Source: Anaerolineales bacterium
GTDB lineage: Bacteria; Chloroflexota; Anaerolineae; Anaerolineales; Villigracilaceae
Length of the DNA: 64,000 bases
Direction: 5' to 3'
Assembly (NCBI GenBank): GCA_042408355.1
Contig: JBHORD010000165.1
Span: 5,501-69,500 of the forward strand
In this document: piece after piece, positions 46,602 through 55,290 of the stretch
How positions within the stretch are numbered: the stretch's first letter is position 1
Layout of the letters: each line of letters begins with the position of its first letter
The notes under the pieces: model-generated
Databases searched by the model: none
What the model was told of the DNA's origin: nothing
What the model saw: only the letters and a program-made list of their open reading frames with translations
Translations under genes and position numbers: made by a program

Positions 46602-47852
46602 CTACTCTTTCGTGATCAATCGCACCTGACTTTCATAGAAGAAATAATCCCACGCCCAATTGATCAACACAACCAATCGGTTGCGGAATCCGATCAGGCG
46701 ATAGATATGAAGCGCGACCCAGATCGCCCACGCGATGAATCCGCTGAACGATAATCCCCAGATGCGCGCCACCGCCGCGTTGCGTCCGATCGTTGCCAGC
46801 AAGCCGGGATCTTTATAATGGAACGGCTTGGGCTGTTCACCTTTCAACATTCTTCGAATGTTTTCCACTGCGGCTTTTGCCTGTTGTTGCGCGACCGTCG
46901 CCAGCATGGGCAAAGGCTGACCGTTCCCATTGACAAAATAAGCCGCGTCGCCGATGACGAAAACTTCGGGATGATTTGGCAATTGCAGAGTCGCTTCGGT
47001 CACGACTCGACCGGAGGCGGCTTGCCGGACTCCGAGTTGATCCACAAGTTCCGCCGCGCGTACGCCCGCCGTCCAAATCAACGTGTGAGAGGCAATCTGC
47101 TTCCCGTCGCTTAATGTGATCCGTTCGCCGTTATAGTCCGTGAGCCTGGCGTTGACCATCACTTCCACATGTTTCTTGATCAAAAGGTCGCGCGTTGCTT
47201 TGCGGAGTTCATCAGGATAACTCGGCATTACATTTGGTCCGGCTTCCAAAAGAAGCACGCGCGCCTCCCGCAAATCCATCTGCGGATAATCCTTCGCCAG
47301 CACATGCAAAATCAATTCGGCCAACGCGCCGGCAGTTTCCACGCCGGTCGGTCCAGCGCCGACAACGACAAAGGTCAATAATGCGCGGCGTTTATCGGCA
47401 TCCGCTTCACGGCTGGCGCGCTCGAACATTTCCAGCAGATGATTGCGTGTTGCAATCGCGCTTTCGATATTTTTCAATTGAAAAGAGCCGCGTTCCACAG
47501 ATTGCAAACCAAAGAAATTCGTCTGACCGCCGACAGCAAGAATCAAATAATCGTAGGCGATCACCGAGCCGTCCATCTTGACAAAACGCGCCTCAAAGTC
47601 AATGCCGGTGACTTCACCCATTTGAAAATTCAAATTCTTCTGGCGTCTGAAGATCGTCCTCACCGGATATGCAATTTGCGAAGGGACAAGTCCCGCGATG
47701 GCGACTTGATAGAGCAATGGCTGAAACAAATGATAATTTTGTCTGTCAATCAACGTAATGTTGACAGGCGCGTTTGCCAGCCGCTTGGCTGATTCCATCC
47801 CGCCGAAGCCCGCGCCGAGGATGACAACATGGGGAAGTTTCTGTGGCGGCAT
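46602..47852 (-). CDS. ndh: Type II NADH dehydrogenase (NDH-2)
   Basis: Two dinucleotide motifs: VVILGAGFGG and VVVGAGPTGVE. 416 aa. Confidence 0.9.
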   Translation of the reverse strand: MPPQKLPHVVILGAGFGGMESAKRLANAPVNITLIDRQNYHLFQPLLYQVAIAGLVPSQIAYPVRTIFRRQKNLNFQMGEVTGIDFEARFVKMDGSVIAYDYLILAVGGQTNFFGLQSVERGSFQLKNIESAIATRNHLLEMFERASREADADKRRALLTFVVVGAGPTGVETAGALAELILHVLAKDYPQMDLREARVLLLEAGPNVMPSYPDELRKATRDLLIKKHVEVMVNARLTDYNGERITLSDGKQIASHTLIWTAGVRAAELVDQLGVRQAASGRVVTEATLQLPNHPEVFVIGDAAYFVNGNGQPLPMLATVAQQQAKAAVENIRRMLKGEQPKPFHYKDPGLLATIGRNAAVARIWGLSFSGFIAWAIWVALHIYRLIGFRNRLVVLINWAWDYFFYESQVRLITKE

Positions 47853-47879
47853 TTTGACTCTTTTCTGAGATTGTCCAAA

Positions 47880-47897
47880 TTGTGATTTTGTTCACTA
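47880..47897 (-). promoter_or_regulatory. Rex-like (or CRP/FNR-like) palindromic operator overlapping the ndh transcription start
   Basis: Minus strand TAGTGAACAAAATCACAA versus Rex consensus TTGTGAA-N4-TTCACAA, matching 12 of 14 specified positions. Lies immediately downstream of the -10. Confidence 0.45.
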
Positions 47898-47899
47898 CT

Positions 47900-47928
47900 A
47901 TTATAACCAACTTTGTCTTATTTGTAAA
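47900..47928 (-). promoter_or_regulatory. Sigma-70 promoter TTTACA-17-TATAAT for ndh
   Basis: -10 TATAAT at 47905..47900, -35 TTTACA at 47928..47923, 17-nt spacer. Confidence 0.55.
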
Positions 47929-47949
47929 GAATATCACAAACAACTCCCC

Positions 47950-47986
47950 CATAAAACGACCCTCCCGCCAATTGACGGGAGGGTCG
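47950..47986 (-). terminator. Intrinsic terminator after the galE-M50 pair
   Basis: CGACCCTCCCG-loop-CGGGAGGGTCG (47957..47986), followed on the minus strand by TTTTAT. Begins 3 nt after the stop. Confidence 0.6.
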
Positions 47987-47988
47987 CA

Positions 47989-48642
47989 TCATCTCCAGAA
48001 TTGGAAAAGCGTGAGTCCCATGGAAGCCAAATCAAGCGGAATGCCGATCAGTTCTGCAACCAAACTGATAAACCCCCAGAATGAATTTCCGATGATGGGC
48101 ACATACCACAATAGAAGAAAAACGATCCAGACCAACATGCCGCGCGTCTCCGCCATACGCGCTTGAAGTTCGCTGTCCAGGAAGGGTTCGATCACGCCGT
48201 AGCCGTCGAAGGGCGGAAGCGGAATCAGATTCAAGATCACAGCGGAGATTTGCAAAAAGGCGAGAAAAGCCAGCCCGGGCCAGACTCCGTGATTGGTCAG
48301 GGGAGCGAAGCGCAAAATGATGGCGAGGACGATGGCGAGAATCAAATTGGCGGTCGGTCCCGCTAGTGAGACCGCGCTTTTCCACCCGCGGCTTCTTAAT
48401 CGCCACGTTTCAATGTAGACTGCGCCTCCCGGCAAACCGATTCCGCCAAGCACAAGAAATAACAATGGCAGGAGCAGCGAATAAACCGGATGAGTATATT
48501 TGAGCGGATTGAATGTGAGATAGCCTTTGTCTTTTACAGTTGTATCGCCGCCGAAATAGGCAACGAGCGCGTGCGAGAATTCATGCAGACACAATGAAAA
48601 AACCCAGCCGATCAAAACAACAGTGAAAGTGAGGACGTTCAT
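47989..48642 (-). CDS. Site-2 protease family (M50) membrane metalloprotease
   Basis: HEFSHAL HExxH embedded in a TM helix, 217 aa. Confidence 0.85.
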   Translation of the reverse strand: MNVLTFTVVLIGWVFSLCLHEFSHALVAYFGGDTTVKDKGYLTFNPLKYTHPVYSLLLPLLFLVLGGIGLPGGAVYIETWRLRSRGWKSAVSLAGPTANLILAIVLAIILRFAPLTNHGVWPGLAFLAFLQISAVILNLIPLPPFDGYGVIEPFLDSELQARMAETRGMLVWIVFLLLWYVPIIGNSFWGFISLVAELIGIPLDLASMGLTLFQFWR

Positions 48643-49616
48643 TCTTCATATCCCTTCGGATGCGCCCTGTGCCACTCCCAGGCGCTCGAAATGATATCGT
48701 GCAGATTTTCGTGCTGCGGAGTCCATCCAAGCTCGCGGCGGATTTTAGCCGACGAGGCAATCAGGCGCGCCGGATCGCCGGTTCTGCGCGGGGACTCGAT
48801 GGCGGGGATGGCGTGACCCGTGACTTTGCGCGCCGTCTCGATCACCTCGCGGACCGAATAGCCGCTTCCGCTTCCGAGGTTGTAGATCAGCCTGTCGCTT
48901 TTTTCCAATGCATCGAGAGCCAGCAAATGCGCGGACACCAGATCCGCGATGTGAATGTAATCGCGGATGCACGTGCCGTCCGGCGTCGGATAATCCGTGC
49001 CATAAATCATAGCCGCATCGGACTGTCCCAATGCGACTTTAAGAACACGCGGAATCAAGTGCGACTCGGGCCGGTGCGCTTCGCCGCGCCCGGGCAATGC
49101 GCCGCAGGCATTGAAATATCGCAGCGCGGCAAAATGCAATCCGTGAATTTGACGATACCAATCCAACGCCTGCTCGACCATTAACTTGGTATGGCCGTAA
49201 ACGTTCGTGGGGCCGAGCGGCGATTCTTCGGTCAGCGGCTGGTCGCTGGATTGATAAACGGCGGCGGTGGACGATAACACAAATCGTTCTATGCCTGCGT
49301 TTTTGCAGGCCTCGATCAATCTTAACGAGTTCATCAAATTGTTGTGATAAAACCGCCCCGGTTCCTTCATCGACTCGCCCGCCTCGATGAACGCCGCAAA
49401 GTGCATGACCGCGTCGAACTTTTGCGTAGTCAGCGCTTCAACCAGCGCGTGTGAATCGTCCAACGAGGCATGGATGAACTTTGCGCCGTCCGGCACCGCC
49501 GCACGATGACCCGTAACGAGCGAATCATAAACCGTGACGGAATGTCCCGCTTTGATCAAGGCTTCAGCGGTTGCAGAGCCAATGTATCCCGCCCCGCCGG
49601 TGATAAAGATATTCAT
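48639..49616 (-). CDS. galE: UDP-glucose 4-epimerase
   Basis: ITGGAGYIGS and YGHTK catalytic motif, 325 aa. Confidence 0.9.
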   Translation of the reverse strand: MNIFITGGAGYIGSATAEALIKAGHSVTVYDSLVTGHRAAVPDGAKFIHASLDDSHALVEALTTQKFDAVMHFAAFIEAGESMKEPGRFYHNNLMNSLRLIEACKNAGIERFVLSSTAAVYQSSDQPLTEESPLGPTNVYGHTKLMVEQALDWYRQIHGLHFAALRYFNACGALPGRGEAHRPESHLIPRVLKVALGQSDAAMIYGTDYPTPDGTCIRDYIHIADLVSAHLLALDALEKSDRLIYNLGSGSGYSVREVIETARKVTGHAIPAIESPRRTGDPARLIASSAKIRRELGWTPQHENLHDIISSAWEWHRAHPKGYEE

Positions 49617-49678
49617 AATTCCTCTTCTCCAAACACAAAGGACACAAAGGCGCGAAGGAAAAAATTTGTGTGCTTTGG

Positions 49679-51154
49679 TTAAAAACCTGGCGCCTGTTTA
49701 TGCCAATCCGTGACCTGCTGATACGCGTGCGTAACCTGCAATAACAAATCCTCGCGGAAGTGCGGGGCAATCAATTGCAGTCCAATGGGCAGATGATTTT
49801 TATCAAAGCCGCAGTTGAATGAAATGCCCGGCACGCCCGCCAGGCTTGCCGGCAAGGTGAACACATCTTCCAAATACATCGCCAGCGGATCGTTCACATG
49901 TTCGCCGATCTTGAACGCGGTCTCGGGCGCGGTCGGGGCGGCGATCAAATCCACGTCGCGGAACGCCGCTTCAAAATCCCGTTTGATAAGCGTACGGACT
50001 TTCTGCGCCTGTCCGTAATAGGCGTCGTAATATCCGGCAGAAAGCGCGTACGTCCCGATCATGATTCTGCGCGTCACTTCGGGACCGAATTTTTGTCCGC
50101 GTGTCTTGAAGTAGACATCCCATAAATTATCCGCATCGACGCGCGGGCCATAGCGGATACCGTCAAAGCGCGCCAGATTTGCGGACGCCTCGGCGGGCGC
50201 GATGATGTAATAAACCGGCAGCGCATATTCGGTATGCGGCAGGCTGATCTCACGAATTTCCGCGCCGAGCTCTCTCAATTGTTGGATGGCTATCCGCGTC
50301 TTTTCCTCGACGTCGGGCTGGATGCCGCGAATAAAATATTCTCTCGGCACGCCGATCTTTAATCCGCGCAACGCATCGCCGTCAAAATTGATTTCCGGAA
50401 CCGGCATGTCTGCGGATGTCGCGTCCAATTCATCGCGCCCCGCCATCGCCGAAAAAATGTGCGCCACGTCCTGCGCGCTTCGGCCAAACGCGCCGACCGT
50501 ATCGAGCGATGAGCCAAACGCGATCAAACCGTAACGTGAGACGCGTCCGTATGTTGTTTTGAGTCCGGTGACGCCGCACAACGAGGCGGGCTGGCGGACG
50601 CTGCCGCCGGTGTCTGTGCCGAGCGCGGCGGGAACACAGCGCGCGGCGACAGCCGCCGCGCTTCCGCCCGATGAGCCGCCGGGGACGCGCCTCAAATCCC
50701 AGGGATTGTGTGTATAACCGTACGCTGAGTGTTCGGTGGACGATCCCATCGCAAACTCATCGTTATTGGTTTTTCCAACGATGATTGCGCCGGCATCCTT
50801 CAATCTTTTAACGGATGTGGCGGTGAAGGGAGGCACATAGCCCTCGAGAATTTTCGAGCCGGCCGTGCAAGGTAAACCTTCAACCGTCAACACATCTTTG
50901 ATCGCGATGGGAATGCCGAGCAGGGGCGGCTGACCGGTCTTTCCTTCAGATTTACGTTTCTTATCCGCTTCATCTGCATCTGCAAGCGCCTGTTCGCCGG
51001 CAATGTAAAGAAAGGCGTGCAATGCTGGTTCCACTTGCGATAAACGATCCAGCGCGGCCTGCACAAGTTCCCGGCTAGAAAATTCGCCTTTGTTCAAGCC
51101 GGCTTGCATTTCAGTGAGAGTGAGATCAGTCAGGTCAGTCATAACTTGGGCCAC
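49679..51154 (-). CDS. gatA: Glu/Asp-tRNA amidotransferase subunit A
   Basis: Amidase signature GGSSGGSAAAVA. Downstream of gatC. Confidence 0.95.
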   Translation of the reverse strand: MAQVMTDLTDLTLTEMQAGLNKGEFSSRELVQAALDRLSQVEPALHAFLYIAGEQALADADEADKKRKSEGKTGQPPLLGIPIAIKDVLTVEGLPCTAGSKILEGYVPPFTATSVKRLKDAGAIIVGKTNNDEFAMGSSTEHSAYGYTHNPWDLRRVPGGSSGGSAAAVAARCVPAALGTDTGGSVRQPASLCGVTGLKTTYGRVSRYGLIAFGSSLDTVGAFGRSAQDVAHIFSAMAGRDELDATSADMPVPEINFDGDALRGLKIGVPREYFIRGIQPDVEEKTRIAIQQLRELGAEIREISLPHTEYALPVYYIIAPAEASANLARFDGIRYGPRVDADNLWDVYFKTRGQKFGPEVTRRIMIGTYALSAGYYDAYYGQAQKVRTLIKRDFEAAFRDVDLIAAPTAPETAFKIGEHVNDPLAMYLEDVFTLPASLAGVPGISFNCGFDKNHLPIGLQLIAPHFREDLLLQVTHAYQQVTDWHKQAPGF

Positions 51155-51177
51155 AGATTACGGCGGTTCGTGGTTCG

Positions 51178-51465
51178 CTATTCAAACACCGGCGGAATTT
51201 TAAATTGATCGTCCTCGACGCTGGGCGCGTTCTTGAACAACGCCTCTTTGGGCAAACCCGGACGCGATTCGTCCCCGCGCGGGATCATTTGAGTCAATCC
51301 GCCGCCGGCAGTCGGGGGGACATCCTTTGTATCCAGTTCGCGCAGTTTTTCGATGTACTCCAGAATCGCAGAAAGCTGTTCACGGTAGAGTTCTTTCTGT
51401 TCCCCGGTCAATTCGAGCCGCGCCAATCTGGCGATATGTTCGACTTCTTTTTCGGTAAGAGCCAT
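51178..51465 (-). CDS. gatC: Glu/Asp-tRNA amidotransferase subunit C
   Basis: 95 aa. IARLARLEL... typical GatC N-terminus. Confidence 0.9.
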   Translation of the reverse strand: MALTEKEVEHIARLARLELTGEQKELYREQLSAILEYIEKLRELDTKDVPPTAGGGLTQMIPRGDESRPGLPKEALFKNAPSVEDDQFKIPPVFE

Positions 51466-51496
51466 GACAAAATTATATCAGTTGAAAGTTGAAGGT

Positions 51497-52381
51497 TTAA
51501 GGTTGAGGCGTGGGGCTTTCCGCGCTCCAGCCTTCGGCATACCATTGCAAATATTCTTCAACATGTGCGTGCCAGTAGTTTTCGCTATGGTCGCCGGTAT
51601 ATAAATGCCACTCATGCGGAATCTGATAATCGCTCAACAGGCTTTCAAATTGCATGATGGTTCCCAATTCTTTATCCTGATCGCCTGCGTCCATCCAAAT
51701 GCGCGGCCATGAATTGGACGGGACCATGCGAATCCAGTCTTCGAGGTAAGGCGCGTCTGTCACAAAGATGGCCGGCGAATGCATTCCCAGGGCGCCGAAC
51801 ATATCGTAATGTTTCAAACCCAATTCGATGGTCCAGCCGCCGCCGCGCGACAGACCGCCCAAGGCGCGATGGGCACGATCGGCGAGGGTGCGATAGTGCT
51901 GGTCAACATATGGAATGATCAGGTTGATCAGCCGGTCGCCAAAGCCGGGCCCCGGAGGAAGATTCCAGTAGCGGTCATCGGGAAAGACAATGATGAACGG
52001 CGGCGCTTTGCCGGAATGAATCAAAGCGTCCGCGGCGGACGGCGCGCCGAGGCGAATCCATTCGTCGTCATCGTATGTTTGACCGTGAAGCAAATATACA
52101 ACGGGATAACGCTCACTGATATTCTGGTCGTAGCAGGGCGGCAGATAAATCAGAAATAATTGCGGAGGCTTGGTCGAGTCAAGCTCGCCGCTGTCCACGC
52201 GGCCGGGCTGCGAGAGACAGGTCAACGGCGTGGCGGTTGGAATGACGGTCAGTGTGGCAGACGGCGCGATGGCCGCGGGCGATGGAAAATCTGCCGGCGT
52301 TGAGGTCGGCCGGTTTAACGGCGAGCAGGCTGAAAGTCCGGGCAGGAACGAAAGGATTAAAATCATGCGAAGATAAGTCAT
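51497..52381 (-). CDS. Secreted esterase-family alpha/beta hydrolase (lipoprotein)
   Basis: Start taken at MTYLRMILILSFLPGLSAC (lipobox). GLSRGGG nucleophile-elbow-like motif. The longer track ORF would overlap tRNA-Pro. Confidence 0.75.
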   Translation of the reverse strand: MTYLRMILILSFLPGLSACSPLNRPTSTPADFPSPAAIAPSATLTVIPTATPLTCLSQPGRVDSGELDSTKPPQLFLIYLPPCYDQNISERYPVVYLLHGQTYDDDEWIRLGAPSAADALIHSGKAPPFIIVFPDDRYWNLPPGPGFGDRLINLIIPYVDQHYRTLADRAHRALGGLSRGGGWTIELGLKHYDMFGALGMHSPAIFVTDAPYLEDWIRMVPSNSWPRIWMDAGDQDKELGTIMQFESLLSDYQIPHEWHLYTGDHSENYWHAHVEEYLQWYAEGWSAESPTPQP

Positions 52382-52459
52382 CAAAAGCCCTGTGCTTGAC
52401 GGGGGATAATCCTTCGCATTATACTCGCCGTGCCCGGCGCACAGAACAGCGCCAGGCCG

Positions 52460-52535
52460 CGGGGTGTAGCGCAGTTGGTAGCGCGCTTGCTTTGGGAGCA
52501 AGAGGTCCCGGGTTCAAATCCCGGCACCCCGACCA
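52460..52535 (+). tRNA. tRNA-Pro (anticodon UGG), CCA encoded
   Basis: CGGGGTGTAGCGCAGTTGGTAGCGCGCTTGCTTTGGGAGCAAGAGGTCCCGGGTTCAAATCCCGGCACCCCGACCA. Anticodon loop TTTGGGA. Confidence 0.95.
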
Positions 52536-52543
52536 AGGTCCAA

Positions 52544-52612
52544 CCACAGAGACACAGAGTTCACGAAGATTTAGAAAAGTCTAAGCGTTCTCTGTCTCTC
52601 TGTGGTTTTATT
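52544..52612 (+). terminator. Long hairpin terminator after tRNA-Pro
   Basis: CCACAGAGACACAGAG ... CTCTGTCTCTCTGTGG (one mismatch), followed by TTTTATT. Confidence 0.55.
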
Positions 52613-52644
52613 AAGCGGTGTGTTAAAATAAATATGGAGGGTTT

Positions 52645-52944
52645 ATGGCAAAGTTCGATGGAGTAATCGAAGCAGTCCGCTACAAAGGCGGAAAAATTGA
52701 GGTGGTACGCGCTTATGAAAGACGCGGCGCAACTTTTTCGGATTGTGTCTTGCTCGACCGGAAGACTTTGATGGAACGTCTCAAACAAGGCAAACGTTTT
52801 GTGACCGGCCAGCGCAAGGAATTTTGGGCCAGCACCTTCGATGTTGGCAAGCCGGTGAGGCTGGTTGGTGCGGACGATAAATTAGCGGTGACGACTTTGG
52901 CGCAGGCGGACCACGACGAATTGGAAGGTGTGCCTGCTTTCTAA
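52645..52944 (+). CDS. Hypothetical 99-aa soluble protein
   Basis: Clean ORF with an ATG start. No motif recognised. Confidence 0.55.
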   Translation: MAKFDGVIEAVRYKGGKIEVVRAYERRGATFSDCVLLDRKTLMERLKQGKRFVTGQRKEFWASTFDVGKPVRLVGADDKLAVTTLAQADHDELEGVPAF

Positions 52945-52982
52945 CCGCCTTTCCTGCTCTGGACTTCGGATCGGAACCCGTT

Positions 52983-53912
52983 ATGAGAATTATTGACAAG
53001 ACCCCGCTTCAAGACGAGAAAGGCCAGATTGGACTTCTGCAGCGTTTGCAGGGTACGCTGCAATATGGATTCTCCTGGTATTCCGAGCTGGAAGCCCAGA
53101 AAGGAATCATCGCCCAGCTTGACCGCGCCATTGAAAAAGGATTTGTTCTCATCCGCAACCTGACATTGCCCGGCACTGAGATTGTCATACCGATTATTCT
53201 GGTGGGCTTGTCCGGTGTATACGTGATCTATGTGACTCATCTCACCGGCGTGTATGAAGCCAGAGGAGACCAATGGGGCACAAGCAGCAATGGACGGTTT
53301 ACCCCGGCTCCCGTCAACCTCATGACTCGCGCGGCTCAATTAGCCAAAGTATTACAAAAATATTTGGATCAGCAAGGCATCACCCTGCCTGCGCCCATCG
53401 AACCGGTCCTGATTGCGTCAAGTCCTGCAATGCACATCGAATCGAATCGCCCGCTGGTGCGCGTGGTGATGAGCGACGCCGTCAAACAATTTGCGGCGTC
53501 GTTGTTGCAGGCGCGGCCCGTCATGAGGTCTGATCTTGTTTATGATCTGGCAGACCGCATCGTGAATCCGCGTCCCAAAACCGAACCACAGCCTGCCATG
53601 CCCGCGCCGGCCTCACAAGCCCATGCCCCTCAGCAACAGCCATCACGCGCGCAGGCCATTTTCAAAGCCTCACAGGAAGCCCAGCCTTTTGATCCAAATG
53701 ATTTGAGTTTTGCTTTGGATGAAACGGCCGCGCCCGCGCAGAACAGCGTTCCGCAGAAACTGCGCGAGACGAGTCCCTCCCGCGCTCTGCCGCAGCCTGC
53801 CAAACGTCAGGGCTTGAGCGTGATGCAGTGGGCCGTTTTGGGGGCAATGATCGTGATCGAATGCTGCGTGATTGCCGGGTTTGGATATTTCATCTTCTTT
53901 GCCAATCGTTAG
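52983..53912 (+). CDS. NERD-like domain protein with P/Q-rich linker and C-terminal TM anchor
   Basis: The N-terminal ~190 aa pattern (FVLIRNLTLPGTEIVIPIILVGLSGVYVIYVTHLTGVY) resembles NERD nuclease-related domains. C-terminal helix WAVLGAMIVIECCVIAGFGYFIFF. Confidence 0.5.
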   Translation: MRIIDKTPLQDEKGQIGLLQRLQGTLQYGFSWYSELEAQKGIIAQLDRAIEKGFVLIRNLTLPGTEIVIPIILVGLSGVYVIYVTHLTGVYEARGDQWGTSSNGRFTPAPVNLMTRAAQLAKVLQKYLDQQGITLPAPIEPVLIASSPAMHIESNRPLVRVVMSDAVKQFAASLLQARPVMRSDLVYDLADRIVNPRPKTEPQPAMPAPASQAHAPQQQPSRAQAIFKASQEAQPFDPNDLSFALDETAAPAQNSVPQKLRETSPSRALPQPAKRQGLSVMQWAVLGAMIVIECCVIAGFGYFIFFANR

Positions 53913-53917
53913 CCGTC

Positions 53918-54667
53918 TTGTCTTCTCCTTATCTTTCAATTGTTATTCCTGCACACAACGAAGAGCATCGTCTGCCCCGAACCCTGGAGCAGGTCTTCGC
54001 TTTTCTTGCGCAACAGGACTATGCCGCCGAAGTGCTGGTCGTTGAAAACGGAAGCACCGATCGCACATTGCAACTCGCGCAGGATTATGCCAGACTGCAC
54101 AACACACTGCGTGTGATCCGCGAAGAAGGACGCGGCAAAGGTCTGGCTGTCCGGCGCGGAATGCTCGAAGCGCGCGGCGAATACCGCTTCATGTGCGACG
54201 CCGATCTCTCCATGCCGGTGGAAGAAATCAACAAATTTTTTCCGGCCGCCTCCGCCGCTTTCGATATTGCCATTGCCTCGCGCGAGGCCCCGGGGGCGAC
54301 GCGTTACAACGAGCCGCGCTATCGTCACCTGGGCGGGCGCTTCATCAATCTGATCATTCGCTGGTTGATTCTTCCCGGACTGCAGGATACGCAATGCGGC
54401 TTCAAATGTTTCCGCGCGCCGGTTGCGGAGGATCTCTTTCGGCGGCAGACCCTGATGGGCTGGTCGTTCGACATCGAACTGCTTTTTATCGCGCGGCGGC
54501 GCGGTTACCGCGTGATCGAAATTCCGATTGATTGGTATTATCAGGCGGAAAGCAAGGTCAACGCCTTGAGCGATGCCCTGCAAATGATCCGCGATATTTT
54601 TCGCATTCACGCCAACGCGCGGCAGGGACTCTACGACGATGCGAAATCATCCGAATCTACAATTTGA
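53918..54667 (+). CDS. GT2 glycosyltransferase (dolichyl/polyprenyl-phosphate sugar synthase-like)
   Basis: LSIVIPAHNEE, VENGSTDRT, CDADLSMP motifs. Start set at in-frame TTG 53918, just after the upstream stop; the track ORF from 53828 overlaps the preceding gene. Confidence 0.8.
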   Translation: MSSPYLSIVIPAHNEEHRLPRTLEQVFAFLAQQDYAAEVLVVENGSTDRTLQLAQDYARLHNTLRVIREEGRGKGLAVRRGMLEARGEYRFMCDADLSMPVEEINKFFPAASAAFDIAIASREAPGATRYNEPRYRHLGGRFINLIIRWLILPGLQDTQCGFKCFRAPVAEDLFRRQTLMGWSFDIELLFIARRRGYRVIEIPIDWYYQAESKVNALSDALQMIRDIFRIHANARQGLYDDAKSSESTI

Positions 54668-55259
54668 ACGGGCGCTTTGGGAAAGCGGAATCCGTTTTGT
54701 CGCAGGATTGGACGAAGCCGGGCGCGGCGCATTGGCGGGACCGGTGGCCGTCGGCGCGGTCATCCTCCCAAACGACTCGAATCTTTCCCTGACCTTGAGC
54801 GGCGTGCGCGATTCCAAGCAGATGACTCCGCTGGAGCGTGAATCCGCCGCGCCGCGCATCAAGGAAGCCGCGCTGACATGGGGCGTGGGATTCGCCTCGC
54901 CCGAGGAAATTGATTTGCTCGGCATTGTCGCGGCAACGCGATTCGCCGCGCTACGCGCCCTCGAATCTTTATCCCTTGTCCCTGCTTACCTTCTTACCGA
55001 TTTCCGTCTGGAACTTCCCGAACTCGATATTTCCCAAACCGCGCTGGTCAAAGGCGACGCGTTATGCCTGAGCATCGCGGCCGCCTCCGTGCTGGCGAAG
55101 ACCGCGCGGGATGAATTAATGCGCGGCCTGGATTCGCTGCATCCGGGCTACGGGCTTGGAAAACATAAAGGGTACGGCACGCCGGCCCATCGTCTCGCGT
55201 TGAAGCGATTGGGAATGTCAGCCGTTCACCGCAAAACGTTTGCGTTCGGCAAATCGTAA
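54639..55259 (+). CDS. rnhB: Ribonuclease HII
   Basis: GLDEAGRGALAGPV catalytic motif, 206 aa. Confidence 0.9.
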   Translation: MRNHPNLQFERALWESGIRFVAGLDEAGRGALAGPVAVGAVILPNDSNLSLTLSGVRDSKQMTPLERESAAPRIKEAALTWGVGFASPEEIDLLGIVAATRFAALRALESLSLVPAYLLTDFRLELPELDISQTALVKGDALCLSIAAASVLAKTARDELMRGLDSLHPGYGLGKHKGYGTPAHRLALKRLGMSAVHRKTFAFGKS

Positions 55260-55290
55260 AACGCGTCTGCCGTTTTTGTTTTGCGTTTTC

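Noticed and set aside
52252-52666. Track ORFs overlapping tRNA-Pro, plus the long N-terminal extension of the esterase gene
   Set aside because: They overlap a canonical tRNA. The esterase has a proper lipoprotein signal at an internal Met (52381).
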